64,000 nucleotides of DNA from contig JAUSGG010000015.1 in NCBI GenBank assembly GCA_030649165.1, positions 29,238-93,237 of the forward strand, in the 5' to 3' direction. The stretch's first letter is position 1. The number at the start of each line of letters is the position of its first letter. The translations under genes and the position numbers were made by a program. The notes under the pieces were generated by a model. The model had not been told where the DNA came from, ran no database searches, and saw nothing but the letters and a program-made list of their open reading frames with translations. Below, one piece after another: positions 54,401 to 62,532 of this stretch. This stretch comes from Armatimonadota bacterium. Its GTDB lineage: Bacteria; Armatimonadota; UBA5829; JAUSEB01.

Positions 54401-57159
54401 CGTCGACTAACCCTTACCACATAACAGCCAACTCCGTGCCTTTCGGGCAGGTTCGGGTCGCAAAGAACAAGCTGAGGTTTGGCGCCGCCAATCTGGCCGG
54501 CGGCGCAAACTCCCAGGTCTTCACCGTTCGAGGCTCGGACGTTGCCTACGCCACGCTCGGGACTGACGTGGAGACCGACGGGATCAATTACGCCCAGGGC
54601 GGAGACGGGGACACTACCCCGGCCACCATGGGAGGAAGATCCTGCCGCACACCCGCCACAACAGGCGACTCCAACTTCTATTTCCAGACAGATGAAGGCT
54701 TTGCTTTCGACAGATCGCCGCGAACAGTCTATCTTCAGGTGGACTACTACGGTTCGTCCGGCTCCATCGCGCCCTGGTACGACAGTATCTGGAGAAACGA
54801 CGAACCGCTTCCGCCGGTCTACCTGAGCGGAGGCACGACCTGGCGCACCGCGACATGGAAGCTCGACAGTGTGAACTTCGGACACAGGTTGAGCGGGTGG
54901 TTGGATTTTGCCCTTCGCGTTCCCGGCGGCTCCGGAACGGTTTTCATCAGCGACGTAAGGCTATCCTATTCGCCGCCTGCCGGAACGCTTGCTCAACCCG
55001 CGGGTCTCAGGACTTCGGCCCTCTCGCCGACCAGCGCCGGGCTTGTGTGGACCCCGGTGGCTGGCGCAACGACGTATCAGGTGTGCAGGGACGGCGTCTT
55101 CGTCGGGTGGTCGAACACCCCCAGCTTCACAGACTCAGGGCTTTCGCCAAATACGCAATACGCGTACACGGTGACTGCGTTCAACGCGTCGAATCACAGC
55201 TCGCCCGCAAGCAGGAACGCGTACATTACTGCTCTCGCCGCGCCGGTCTCCCCCACGACCATCACCTCCGACCCTCTTCCCGGGACTTGGCAGACTTCGG
55301 ATTCCATCAATTTCACGGCTGTCGGCGGGTTCGGCGCCGGGAAAGTGGCCTACTATCAATATGCCTGGGACCAATCCCCAAACCATGTCTGGACCGGAAA
55401 CGAACCGACTTGGCCGGCAACGACAGGCAACCCTCCGTCCGGCGCCGGTTGGGACGTGTGGCGAGCCACCTCTTCGCCAGTAAACCAGGCCCCTTGGCTC
55501 ATGTACGAAGGCTCAACCCAGCAGCGATGCATGTCTGAAGAGACTACGCTGGAGAACGGGATACCAACCTGGATCCTTAATGACCAGGGCCGCGTCTTCG
55601 GGACCAAGGGCAAGTTTGCCATTTGGCCGAACCTGCCCACTAACAGGGATACTGGTATGACCGTCGTCGGAAGAATCAGATGCGTGGACGAACCGTCGGG
55701 TTGGTATAACACCAGCACGAACTTCGGAATCAACCTGCTTGATTGCCCCGATATCGGCATCTCTATCAGGCCGGACTCTCTCCAATTGGGCGGAGACCAG
55801 TGGCAGCCTGCTGACAACGGTTACACCTACCACACTTACACCCTGACGTTGAAGAATGCCGGCCCGGGCAATAACAACACGGCTGTATACAGCCTGTACC
55901 GAGACGGGAGCTTTGTGTCGAGTATGGTCCAGGGGCCATCAGGACCCAGCGCTCGGTCAGGCCCGTTCTTCGGACATTGGAGGAGCGACGCCACCGGTGG
56001 ATGGGCTTGGCAGTGGATCGCATGGAATGCCACCGGGGCCTACGTTCCGTCGAACAGCGCGACGCTCACAACGACCGCTTCTCAGTACGGCAGTTATTAT
56101 CTCCACATCAGAGGCTTCAACTCAGATGGAGCGCCTGACGCGGCGGCCAACCTCGGCCCGTACTACTACTGGAACGGCTCCACTCCTGTCGACCCAACGG
56201 TTATCGACGATGGCGATTACACAACCGATGACGCTATTCACGCTAAGTGGAGCCCCGTGGCCCCGGACGGTGGAACAGCGATCTCATACGAGTACGGCAT
56301 AGGGACCGCCGCCGGTCTCGACAACATCGTTCCTTTCGCCGATATCGGCCCTTCGCTTGAAGTCATCAAAACAGGGCTTCATCTTGCTGAAGGAAGCACA
56401 TACTACGTGACCGTCAGAGCGATCGCCGGCGCCACCGCCTACAGCGGATCGAGCGACGGCATAATCGTTGCTCCCAAGCGGCAAAGGGTTGCCCATATCA
56501 AGAAGCTGGCGGACGACGATCCTGTGGCCCTCTACGGTAAGACTGTTACCGCCGTATTCCCGGATTACGCCTACATTCAGGACAAGAACGGGATGGGGAT
56601 CCGGGTGGTCACCGCAAGACCGATAGCGGAGGGCGATATCGTCGATCTTGCCGGCACAATCATCGGTTCAAAGGAAGAACGATGGATAGAGGCTGATTCC
56701 GTTTTCAAGAGGGGGGCCGAAACGCCTAAGCCGCACTCTCTGTCAACCGCCGGAATCGGCGGCTCCGAATACGGCGAACCCGGAACCGGCAAAGGCCAGC
56801 CGGCTACCAAGGCCTATCAGTGGTTTGTCGACAGACAGACAAAGAAAAGAGTCAGGTCTACGGTCGAGTTGGACGTTCCGGGGCTCAACACGATCGGCCT
56901 TCTAGTAACGACTTACGGTCGGGTGACTTCGGCCGCCGGGAATAGTTTCTACCTGGACGATGGCTCCGGACTGGACGAGTACTATGACACTAAGAGGGAC
57001 GGCCCGGCGGGGATCAAGGTCCGGTTGCCCGAAAACATCTCGGCGCCTGCGCCTGGGACCTTCCTCTCGGTCACGGGAATAACTTCCTGCTATAAGTCCA
57101 GGGGCCATCTCAATCGCCTCCTTCTCGTGCGCCGCCTGAGCGACTTGCAGACATTCTAG
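51403..57159 (+). CDS. Giant secreted multidomain protein (1918 aa): signal peptide, 2 LamG/ConA-like lectin domains, 3 tandem roughly 95-aa Ig/FN3-like repeats, putative glycosidase-like central domain, FN3 and CBM-like domains
   Basis: Internal repeats (YEVHVNTTN...WDSG...NGSYY...AGWGPWS, three copies). Duplicated NIRCEE...YRDGQSV...WYFDWIA module. FN3 segment LRTSALSPTSAGLVWTPV...YQV. Confidence 0.8.
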   Translation: MRRFSPCFSLVLVVWLFLAIVPALADIGFVYTCDQVPHLAPSAWNVSPNGPSNSVHTEQCGGSCNGITNSVVTDGGSNVWKVVDANTSYCGIWKNANLSGMNLGRGVTIAANIRCEENSSDSSFTLGINKTNSAVLFLCVRTDGCLLMDREGVVKSSYSFTADTTGYHRYYLTAQNPPGVGDDQCVWTVYRDGQSVMTYTPGLLANWTASNAFFAGHGGPYTTNIGSGTGTWYFDWIACRTDGAFSPSQWDPMLPPPAPTVTAPANGSTVIILNPTIQWTNTYYDSYEVHVTTTNNPTGAIAWDSGVVVSTANSCTPANLANGSYYIFIRLRAPAGWGPWSAEGYRFTVDAPTSPPVAPTMTAPVPGSTLNTRNVVIGWTGGTRDGYQVHINTTNLPNDADGWDSGSVMNKANDCLSGSLANGSYYAFARLRNLAGWGEWSTGVNFTVDVSSVLPGAPVVVTPMDGSNVALQKPVVRWIGDAHDKYEVHVNTTNTPADTDAWTSGEVSSADDWCDSGILTNGAYHVFVRVHNDAGWGPWSAGRAFTANFTGSEMKKGWIFLRDDLPYHLELLTHAREYHVNHLQISHDIMMYAWQPINDVAKRSKINQLIDTAHANGVSEVVLWSHEIMYRDLPPQYRVGGKVNLDDPGFWTWMDSEYETLFTVCPNADGLVFTFSESDVDFDNRFETIHTGKTPIDTYAKAIETLWNVCHRHNKSLYIRTWGSDKWIRDGLMRNDPAIWLMNKATGAADWNVIQEDYDMVGTAPGHPELMEFDFTGEYWGLTYTPWAGIDFTRHLWSEFGLPRGVDGMAARIDRDNGNAVQTPNRINMAALDILADSPDISSDDIYSYWSNHWFGPSGAKIASSLKRTFDITNACYGLPTVYPFSYWVAINDIKSSTFDLNCVAPSLKADTNYQSGVTAYDLFHGRMMNAAAKLGIGVPTTLFGDFTPIYSNETSPTCTATIVDASTGLNPSSFYVEYSTDGGSSWTPYSNITVTAEGSSTNPYHITANSVPFGQVRVAKNKLRFGAANLAGGANSQVFTVRGSDVAYATLGTDVETDGINYAQGGDGDTTPATMGGRSCRTPATTGDSNFYFQTDEGFAFDRSPRTVYLQVDYYGSSGSIAPWYDSIWRNDEPLPPVYLSGGTTWRTATWKLDSVNFGHRLSGWLDFALRVPGGSGTVFISDVRLSYSPPAGTLAQPAGLRTSALSPTSAGLVWTPVAGATTYQVCRDGVFVGWSNTPSFTDSGLSPNTQYAYTVTAFNASNHSSPASRNAYITALAAPVSPTTITSDPLPGTWQTSDSINFTAVGGFGAGKVAYYQYAWDQSPNHVWTGNEPTWPATTGNPPSGAGWDVWRATSSPVNQAPWLMYEGSTQQRCMSEETTLENGIPTWILNDQGRVFGTKGKFAIWPNLPTNRDTGMTVVGRIRCVDEPSGWYNTSTNFGINLLDCPDIGISIRPDSLQLGGDQWQPADNGYTYHTYTLTLKNAGPGNNNTAVYSLYRDGSFVSSMVQGPSGPSARSGPFFGHWRSDATGGWAWQWIAWNATGAYVPSNSATLTTTASQYGSYYLHIRGFNSDGAPDAAANLGPYYYWNGSTPVDPTVIDDGDYTTDDAIHAKWSPVAPDGGTAISYEYGIGTAAGLDNIVPFADIGPSLEVIKTGLHLAEGSTYYVTVRAIAGATAYSGSSDGIIVAPKRQRVAHIKKLADDDPVALYGKTVTAVFPDYAYIQDKNGMGIRVVTARPIAEGDIVDLAGTIIGSKEERWIEADSVFKRGAETPKPHSLSTAGIGGSEYGEPGTGKGQPATKAYQWFVDRQTKKRVRSTVELDVPGLNTIGLLVTTYGRVTSAAGNSFYLDDGSGLDEYYDTKRDGPAGIKVRLPENISAPAPGTFLSVTGITSCYKSRGHLNRLLLVRRLSDLQTF

Positions 57160-57265
57160 CCTTCATGGCGGGGGCGACCCCTTGCGGTCGCCCCTGCCGT
57201 TCGGGAAAGCCCGCTGGGGTTCCCCCTCCTCCCAGGAAACTCTGAGCTTTACTCTGAGCTTTCCG

Positions 57266-57294
57266 TTGACACTCCCGGGCGCCGATGGTAGAAT
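57266..57294 (+). promoter_or_regulatory. Sigma70 promoter TTGACA - 17 nt - TAGAAT for tRNA-Leu, preceded by a direct repeat (ACTCTGAGCTTT, two copies)
   Basis: -35 at 57266-57271 and -10 at 57289-57294, about 19 nt before the mature tRNA 5' end. Confidence 0.65.
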
Positions 57295-57312
57295 AATTTG
57301 TGCTCTGGGCGT

Positions 57313-57398
57313 GGGGATGTGGCGGAATGGCAGACGCGCTTGGTTGAGGGCCAAGTGACCGCAAGGTCGTGGAGGTTCAACTCCTCTCATCCCCACCA
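57313..57398 (+). tRNA. tRNA-Leu (anticodon GAG), long variable arm, genomically encoded CCA
   Basis: Manual fold. Acceptor GGGGATG/CATCCCC, 3-bp D-stem, anticodon stem CTTGG/CCAAG, loop TTGAGGG, T-arm, A73, CCA. Confidence 0.85.
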
Positions 57399-57566
57399 AT
57401 TGTCGAAGCCGCTTTGCTTGCGGTAGAGCGGCTTTTTTGCCGCAGGGCGGCCCTGTCTACGGGAGCCATGGTGCCCAGAGAGCGAAGCGTGACCGGTGGG
57501 GGGCCTTCCTGCTAGACACAACATCTTGCTCTTGCCTTTGCCTACAAGAGGAAAAAAGGGAACGTC

Positions 57567-58097
57567 GTGAACCTTGACTGGCTCAACACTAATGCGGGAG
57601 CTTCCGCCGTCCTAGTGACGGCAGTGCTGGTGGTCGTGACGGCAGTCTATGTTTGGCTGATGCGCAGCAGCGTCAAAGAACTTGAACGCCAGCGGCTAGC
57701 CACTGCCCTGCCTGTCGTAGTGGGTATATGGGAAATCCCAACTCAAGAGTTAGCGCTTCGCGATGCAGAGTTTCACCCGGTGTTGCCCTATCTGCACATC
57801 CGGAATTGTGGCAATGGTCCCGCGCTGGATGTCTCAATGACTGTTGATTCAAATGTCGGAATAGGGCTGCATGGAGAGAAAACAAGAAAGTGGGTCCTGC
57901 GGGCTCTCGAACCATCCGGGCAGCATAATACTGGGATCGCGCAGTATGTCGATACGTCCGAAAAGCCTGCTTTCGATGTCACCATCGAATCTCACGACAT
58001 ACATAATCGCAGGGTGGTGACGAGGCACACTATGGATGTGGACGGCTGTTTGTATATGGAAGTGAATGGCAAGATACTGGTTGGCAAGAAGCCGTAG
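57567..58097 (+). CDS. Hypothetical membrane-anchored protein (islet gene, visibly lower GC); GTG start
   Basis: N-terminal TM (AVLVTAVLVVVTAVYVWL). RBS AAGAGGAAAAAAGGGAA. Confidence 0.55.
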   Translation: MNLDWLNTNAGASAVLVTAVLVVVTAVYVWLMRSSVKELERQRLATALPVVVGIWEIPTQELALRDAEFHPVLPYLHIRNCGNGPALDVSMTVDSNVGIGLHGEKTRKWVLRALEPSGQHNTGIAQYVDTSEKPAFDVTIESHDIHNRRVVTRHTMDVDGCLYMEVNGKILVGKKP

Positions 58098-58185
58098 ATC
58101 AAGCTTGCTGGGCTGGCTCAGAAAAGCGTGATCGCCGTTCCTGGCCCTTCCTGTCTCCGGGCGACAGATGCCCCTCCCGGCAGTG

Positions 58186-59232
58186 TCAGGGCATTCTTAC
58201 GCAGCGGAAGCCTTGAGAACCATAGAGAGGGACGCCCTTCTCCGGATCACCACCACCCCGAGCGGCACACCTGAAGGTAACCAGGGCGGCGCTACCAAAG
58301 TCCCATGAACCTCCGCGCAGCACACGCGACCGCCCTTCCGCAGGACCAGTGGGATTCGAAGACGGGGCCGTCGCATAGTAGGTTTCATCGTCGTCGTACC
58401 AGTCGGCGCACCATTCAACCGCGTTTCCTGCCATGTCACAGCACCCATAGGGACTCGCTCCCTTGGGGTAACTGCCCACAGGCATTGGGCCGTCCAGTTC
58501 GCGCTTCACCGAGTTAGCGCAGCGCGAAGGGTTCCATTTGTTTCCCCATGGGAAAATGCGCCCGTCGGTACCCCGCGCGGCCTTTTCCCATTGCGCTTCC
58601 GTTGGTAGAGATGCGTCAGCCCATTTCGCATAGTCCGCTGCGTCCTGCCAAGTCACCCCATCTACGGGTCGGTCGTTCTTCCACCCGATATAGGGCGGGT
58701 CGGGCATGGCTCTGCCTGTTGCCTTGCAGAACCGTCGGTATTGCGTGACCGTTACCTCGTACTTGTAGATCCAGTACCCATCGAGGTATATTCTGCGCTG
58801 TGGCTTTTCGGAGTCGCACCAACTTGCCTGGACGTACTTCGGATTACCCCTCAGCATTGCCGCAACCTCTGAATCCGTGCTGCCCCTCAGAAACTCTCCC
58901 GCTGGAACCCAGACCATCTTCGCGCCATCTCGTGGATTGGTGCGCACCTCGCCGGCCTTTGCAGGGCTGACTGGCACGCGACTACTGGTAGCTGATGCAG
59001 GCGGGCTCGCACTACTATGGGCGGGACGAATAGCACCCTGGGGAGTGGGCACGAATAGCTTGGACAAGAGCACTATAAGTGCTATAAGCACAACGGCAGC
59101 GATTACCAGCGCGAGATTCACCGGCACAGTGAACCAGTTTCTGACAGCCCGCGCTCGCGCCTGCCTCTCGGCTCGAATTCGGGCTTCTTCTTCTTCGTAA
59201 ATCCTGCGCCTTTCCTCCGGTGTCAACTGCAT
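58186..59232 (-). CDS. Formylglycine-generating-enzyme (FGE/SUMF1) domain protein with an N-terminal charged helix and TM anchor
   Basis: FGE-sulfatase domain conservation (DGYWIYKYEVT, WEKAARG, RVLRGGSW, GFRCV). Start MQLTPEERRRIYEEE with RBS GGAGG. Confidence 0.75.
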   Translation of the reverse strand: MQLTPEERRRIYEEEEARIRAERQARARAVRNWFTVPVNLALVIAAVVLIALIVLLSKLFVPTPQGAIRPAHSSASPPASATSSRVPVSPAKAGEVRTNPRDGAKMVWVPAGEFLRGSTDSEVAAMLRGNPKYVQASWCDSEKPQRRIYLDGYWIYKYEVTVTQYRRFCKATGRAMPDPPYIGWKNDRPVDGVTWQDAADYAKWADASLPTEAQWEKAARGTDGRIFPWGNKWNPSRCANSVKRELDGPMPVGSYPKGASPYGCCDMAGNAVEWCADWYDDDETYYATAPSSNPTGPAEGRSRVLRGGSWDFGSAALVTFRCAARGGGDPEKGVPLYGSQGFRCVRMP

Positions 59233-59246
59233 GTCAAGACCTCCGT

Positions 59247-59714
59247 TCAAACCCGCCAGCGGTATCCGCAGTCGTGGCATTGCCTGTGAGTTTCGGTGAC
59301 TGGCTTCCGGCCAACAAAGGGAATAAGGAGAAGCAGTGGCGCAAAGAGACAACAGCCAAGGCAACCCGCAGCCCACTTCATAGAATCGTCGCCACCCGAT
59401 TCTACCTCGAACTCCTTGATGCGTGTTGACCCGCATTGCGGGCACTTGCCCAGCTTAACCGAGGCCCAATAGGCAGCTTCCCTCTGCGCGTCCCGCTTGC
59501 GCCTTTGTTCGTCGAGCTCTGCCTGGCGTTGCTCGTTATACAGGGCGCGGCTCAGTCTTTCCTCGTTCGCCTTGCGCCTCTCTTCCTCTGCTATGCGGGC
59601 CTTCTCTTCCCTGTGAATCCGGCGGCGTTCTTCGGGCGTCAACTCCGCCATAGGTTTCAACTCGTCCGTTTTCTCGCTCTTCTCTTTGGGCTGTTCGGGA
59701 GTCTCTTCACTCAT
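59247..59714 (-). CDS. Zn-ribbon (CPQC...CHDC) small membrane protein sharing the N-terminal TPEERRRI motif with the adjacent FGE-domain gene
   Basis: MSEETPEQ...MAELTPEERRRIHREEKARI. C-terminal TM and CxxC pairs. Start choice uncertain. Confidence 0.5.
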   Translation of the reverse strand: MSEETPEQPKEKSEKTDELKPMAELTPEERRRIHREEKARIAEEERRKANEERLSRALYNEQRQAELDEQRRKRDAQREAAYWASVKLGKCPQCGSTRIKEFEVESGGDDSMKWAAGCLGCCLFAPLLLLIPFVGRKPVTETHRQCHDCGYRWRV

Positions 59715-59906
59715 TCTGTTCACCATCCTTAGAGTCACAGGGATCCGGCGCACTGTATGCAGCCGGGGTCTCACGCCGTTTGTGGCAACGAAAAGTAAGG
59801 TTAGAGTCCCTCGTACATAGCCCCGCCATGCCGCAGGCTCCGTCATGGGATTTGCGACGCGCTCGGACCACCTGCCGAGCGCCATATAGTGACAAGCCCA
59901 TCTGAA

Positions 59907-60629
59907 TCACTTCCTGCGCTTCAGCAGAACGCCTCCCAAGCCACTGACGCTACAGAGGAGCACAATAAGACCGGAGGGTTCGGGGACAACCACCAGACTT
60001 CTTGAGACTTCGTCATACGACCAATTGGCAACGCCGTGGCCGCGGTCTACGGCACTGACTGACAAGCTGCTAATCCCAATATCCGACGTAAACCCGTGGT
60101 ACTCAGGGCCATATTGGATGAAGAGCGGGTGTGATATGCTTACCAATGTAGCTGCGCCATTCGCTTCATTGAGAAGCACATCCCAGTCGCCGTTCCACGA
60201 CTGGAACCAGAATCCTATGGCGCCGACACGCTTCCCGGTACCGAAGCTTATTGTGTGCGTCCCGATAGCGTTGGTCATCAAAGAGCCGGGGGCGCTCACT
60301 GTGCTCCACGGCGAATCCCATATGTGCCAAACTGCTTGTCCCGGGTCAGGCAACCTCTTGTTGGTCTGGTAGGAGACCCCATCAAGCTCGATTTCGTACG
60401 TGTAGAAACGAATTGGGTAAGAAGGCCGGGGAAACTCGTCGAACGTCTCAGTGGACGCTATGGAAGCATTGGCTCGGAAGCCGGGTTCGGATGTATAGTG
60501 ACTCACTGCGGCATGGGCAATGCCACCGAACGGCGGAAAGCCAACCAGGGCCAACCCTATGCTCAGGACGATAATAGCCCTCACTGACACGGCGGCGGCT
60601 GCAAGTAGGCAAAGTGTGAAGCGGTTCAT
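59907..60629 (-). CDS. PEP-CTERM sorting-domain secreted protein
   Basis: Signal peptide. C-terminal VVVPEPSGLIVLLCSVSGLGGVLLKRRK. Confidence 0.8.
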   Translation of the reverse strand: MNRFTLCLLAAAAVSVRAIIVLSIGLALVGFPPFGGIAHAAVSHYTSEPGFRANASIASTETFDEFPRPSYPIRFYTYEIELDGVSYQTNKRLPDPGQAVWHIWDSPWSTVSAPGSLMTNAIGTHTISFGTGKRVGAIGFWFQSWNGDWDVLLNEANGAATLVSISHPLFIQYGPEYHGFTSDIGISSLSVSAVDRGHGVANWSYDEVSRSLVVVPEPSGLIVLLCSVSGLGGVLLKRRK

Positions 60630-60946
60630 CCCTTTCCTCCTCCTGCCCTGTTCGGGGCGTCAAGACACAAAAAGCCCGCTGTACTACAGGTCTGCTGACA
60701 GCAGCCCCGGTATTGCGCGGGCTCAAGCTCCTTATACTCCAAACCGTGCCTGCCTGTCAAGAATGACTTGACACAGGAAAGCGCGAAAATGTAACATACC
60801 AGCACAGGGTAACACGAACCAAGTAGGGTTATTGGGGTATCGTCTTCCCCACTTGGTTCATGCGGAAGGCGTCTGAAGCTTACCGCGCATGGTTACGAAT
60901 CAAGCAAGGTATTCTGTGCTCAGAAGGGTCAAGCGCGCCGGTGTTC

Positions 60947-61025
60947 GGCGGAATGGCAGACGCGCTTGGTTGAGGGCCAAGTGACCGCAAGGTCGTGGAG
61001 GTTCAACTCCTCTCATCCCCACCAA
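60947..61025 (+). repeat. 79-bp perfect direct repeat of the 3' part of tRNA-Leu(GAG) (pseudo-tRNA lacking the 5' acceptor strand); attR-like islet boundary
   Basis: Identical to 57321-57399. The 5' acceptor strand is replaced by a non-pairing sequence. Confidence 0.8.
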
Positions 61026-61108
61026 AAGCAACCTCGCCGTCCCAGGCGCTCCCCGTACTTGTTCCCTCCCCGCTCGAACCGCCGTGCCGTGAGTGGAGTC
61101 GAATCGAG

Positions 61109-62137
61109 ATGAACTCAGTGGATAGAGTAATGACAGCCCTGCGCCGGCAACAGCCGGACCGCGTTCCTATTGTCGAGTTCATAATCGACGAAAGAATAGC
61201 AAGAGCGATCGATCCGGACGCCCGTGACGTGCCCGACTTCATGGATCGTATAGGCTTGGACGGAGTGTGTTGTGGAGCATCCTTCTCTAAGGTTTCGGAA
61301 AGCGAGGATGGAACATACGTCGACGAGTGGGGAGTTACCTACAAGACCGACGCCATCGAGTTCGTCAACCATCCTCTGAGAGGTCCAATACGAACACTCG
61401 AAGACGCCAAACGGTACAGTCCGCCCGATCCGGACGCGCCCCATAGGCTGGGCAAGCTGCCCGATATGGTAGATCGTTACAAGGGCAAGAGGGCTATCGT
61501 CTTCTTCCACCGGGCGGCTTTCATGTGGTCAGCCTACCTGATGGGCTTGGACATGCTTCTGGAATCGCTTCTCGCCGAACCCGAATTGGCGGAACTCGTG
61601 ATGGACAAAGTCCTCGAGGCCAACATCGCCGTCGCCCGACGCGCAGTACGCGCCGGGGCCGAGGTCGTCGTTCTTGGCGACGACTTTGCGCACAACACAG
61701 CGCCGCTCATGAGCCCGGCGCTGTTCGACGAGTTCATACTCCACCGCCTCACAAAGATGGTCCGCGCGATCCATGACGAAGGCGCGTTCTGCGTCAAACA
61801 CACTGACGGTAACATATACTCCATCCTGGACCCCATAGTCGCGTCGGGCGTCGACGCGATCAACCCCATCGAACCATTGGCCGGAATGGATCTAAGAACG
61901 GTAAAGCGACTCGTCGGCGACAAGGTCTGCATCGTAGGAAACATCGACTGCGGTCATCTTCTCTCAAATGGCTCCCCGGAAGAAGTAGAGGCCGCCGTGA
62001 TCAGGGCGATACAGGACGCCGGAGCCGGCGGCGGATATATCCTTGGCAGTTCCAACAGCATCCACAGCTCCGTCAAACCCGAGAACTTCGTCGCTATGGT
62101 GCGTACCGCCCGCCGGTACGGCGCCTACGGTTCATAG
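61109..62137 (+). CDS. URO-D-like family protein (second paralog)
   Basis: Start MNSVDRVMTAL downstream of the tRNA repeat. URO-D fold motifs in the C-terminal half. The longer GTG-initiated ORF would overlap the tRNA fragment. Confidence 0.65.
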   Translation: MNSVDRVMTALRRQQPDRVPIVEFIIDERIARAIDPDARDVPDFMDRIGLDGVCCGASFSKVSESEDGTYVDEWGVTYKTDAIEFVNHPLRGPIRTLEDAKRYSPPDPDAPHRLGKLPDMVDRYKGKRAIVFFHRAAFMWSAYLMGLDMLLESLLAEPELAELVMDKVLEANIAVARRAVRAGAEVVVLGDDFAHNTAPLMSPALFDEFILHRLTKMVRAIHDEGAFCVKHTDGNIYSILDPIVASGVDAINPIEPLAGMDLRTVKRLVGDKVCIVGNIDCGHLLSNGSPEEVEAAVIRAIQDAGAGGGYILGSSNSIHSSVKPENFVAMVRTARRYGAYGS

Positions 62138-62188
62138 TCGTTCGTTGACAGTTGTCGGTTGTCGGTTGTCAGTTCTCAGTTGTCGGAC

Positions 62189-62222
62189 TGGTCGGACGTT
62201 TCCGACCAGTCCGACTCCTTCG
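62189..62222 (+). terminator. Strong hairpin (TCGGACTGGTCGGA-cgtt-TCCGACCAGTCCGA) after the URO-D-like gene, preceded by GTTGTCG heptamer repeats; no U-tract
   Basis: 14-bp perfect stem, read directly from sequence. Confidence 0.45.
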
Positions 62223-62264
62223 ACTCGTCCTCCGCCCCTCCGCCTCCCGGCCCGCCTCCCGGCC

Positions 62265-62293
62265 TTGACAACCCCCCTCACATCCCATACAAT
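62265..62293 (+). promoter_or_regulatory. Sigma70 promoter TTGACA - 17 nt - TACAAT for tRNA-Val
   Basis: -35 at 62265-62270 and -10 at 62288-62293. Confidence 0.65.
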
Positions 62294-62314
62294 ATCCTCG
62301 TTGCGTAACCACGC

Positions 62315-62389
62315 GGGCGATTGGCTCAGTGGGAGAGCGCCTCGTTCACACCGAGGAGGTCACTGGTTCGAATCCAGTATCGCCCACCA
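62315..62389 (+). tRNA. tRNA-Val (anticodon CAC), encoded CCA
   Basis: Manual fold. Acceptor GGGCGAT/ATCGCCC, D-stem GCTC/GAGC, anticodon stem CCTCG/CGAGG, loop TTCACAC, T-loop TTCGAAT. Confidence 0.85.
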
Positions 62390-62532
62390 TCGAACTCGGG
62401 CGGAATTCGGCCGGCGGCAGGGAGACACGTTTCCCGCCGCCCTGTTCGTATTACGCGCGGCGATTTGGCCGGTCCCCTCGCCGGCCACTCTCCATCCGCC
62501 CGCTTTTCAACCTACGCGACCGAGGTTAGACG

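Noticed and set aside
60756-60774. GTCAAGAATGACTTGAC palindrome upstream of the PEP-CTERM gene as an operator
   Set aside because: It is a single 6-bp inverted repeat with no second copy, so it is too weak to call.
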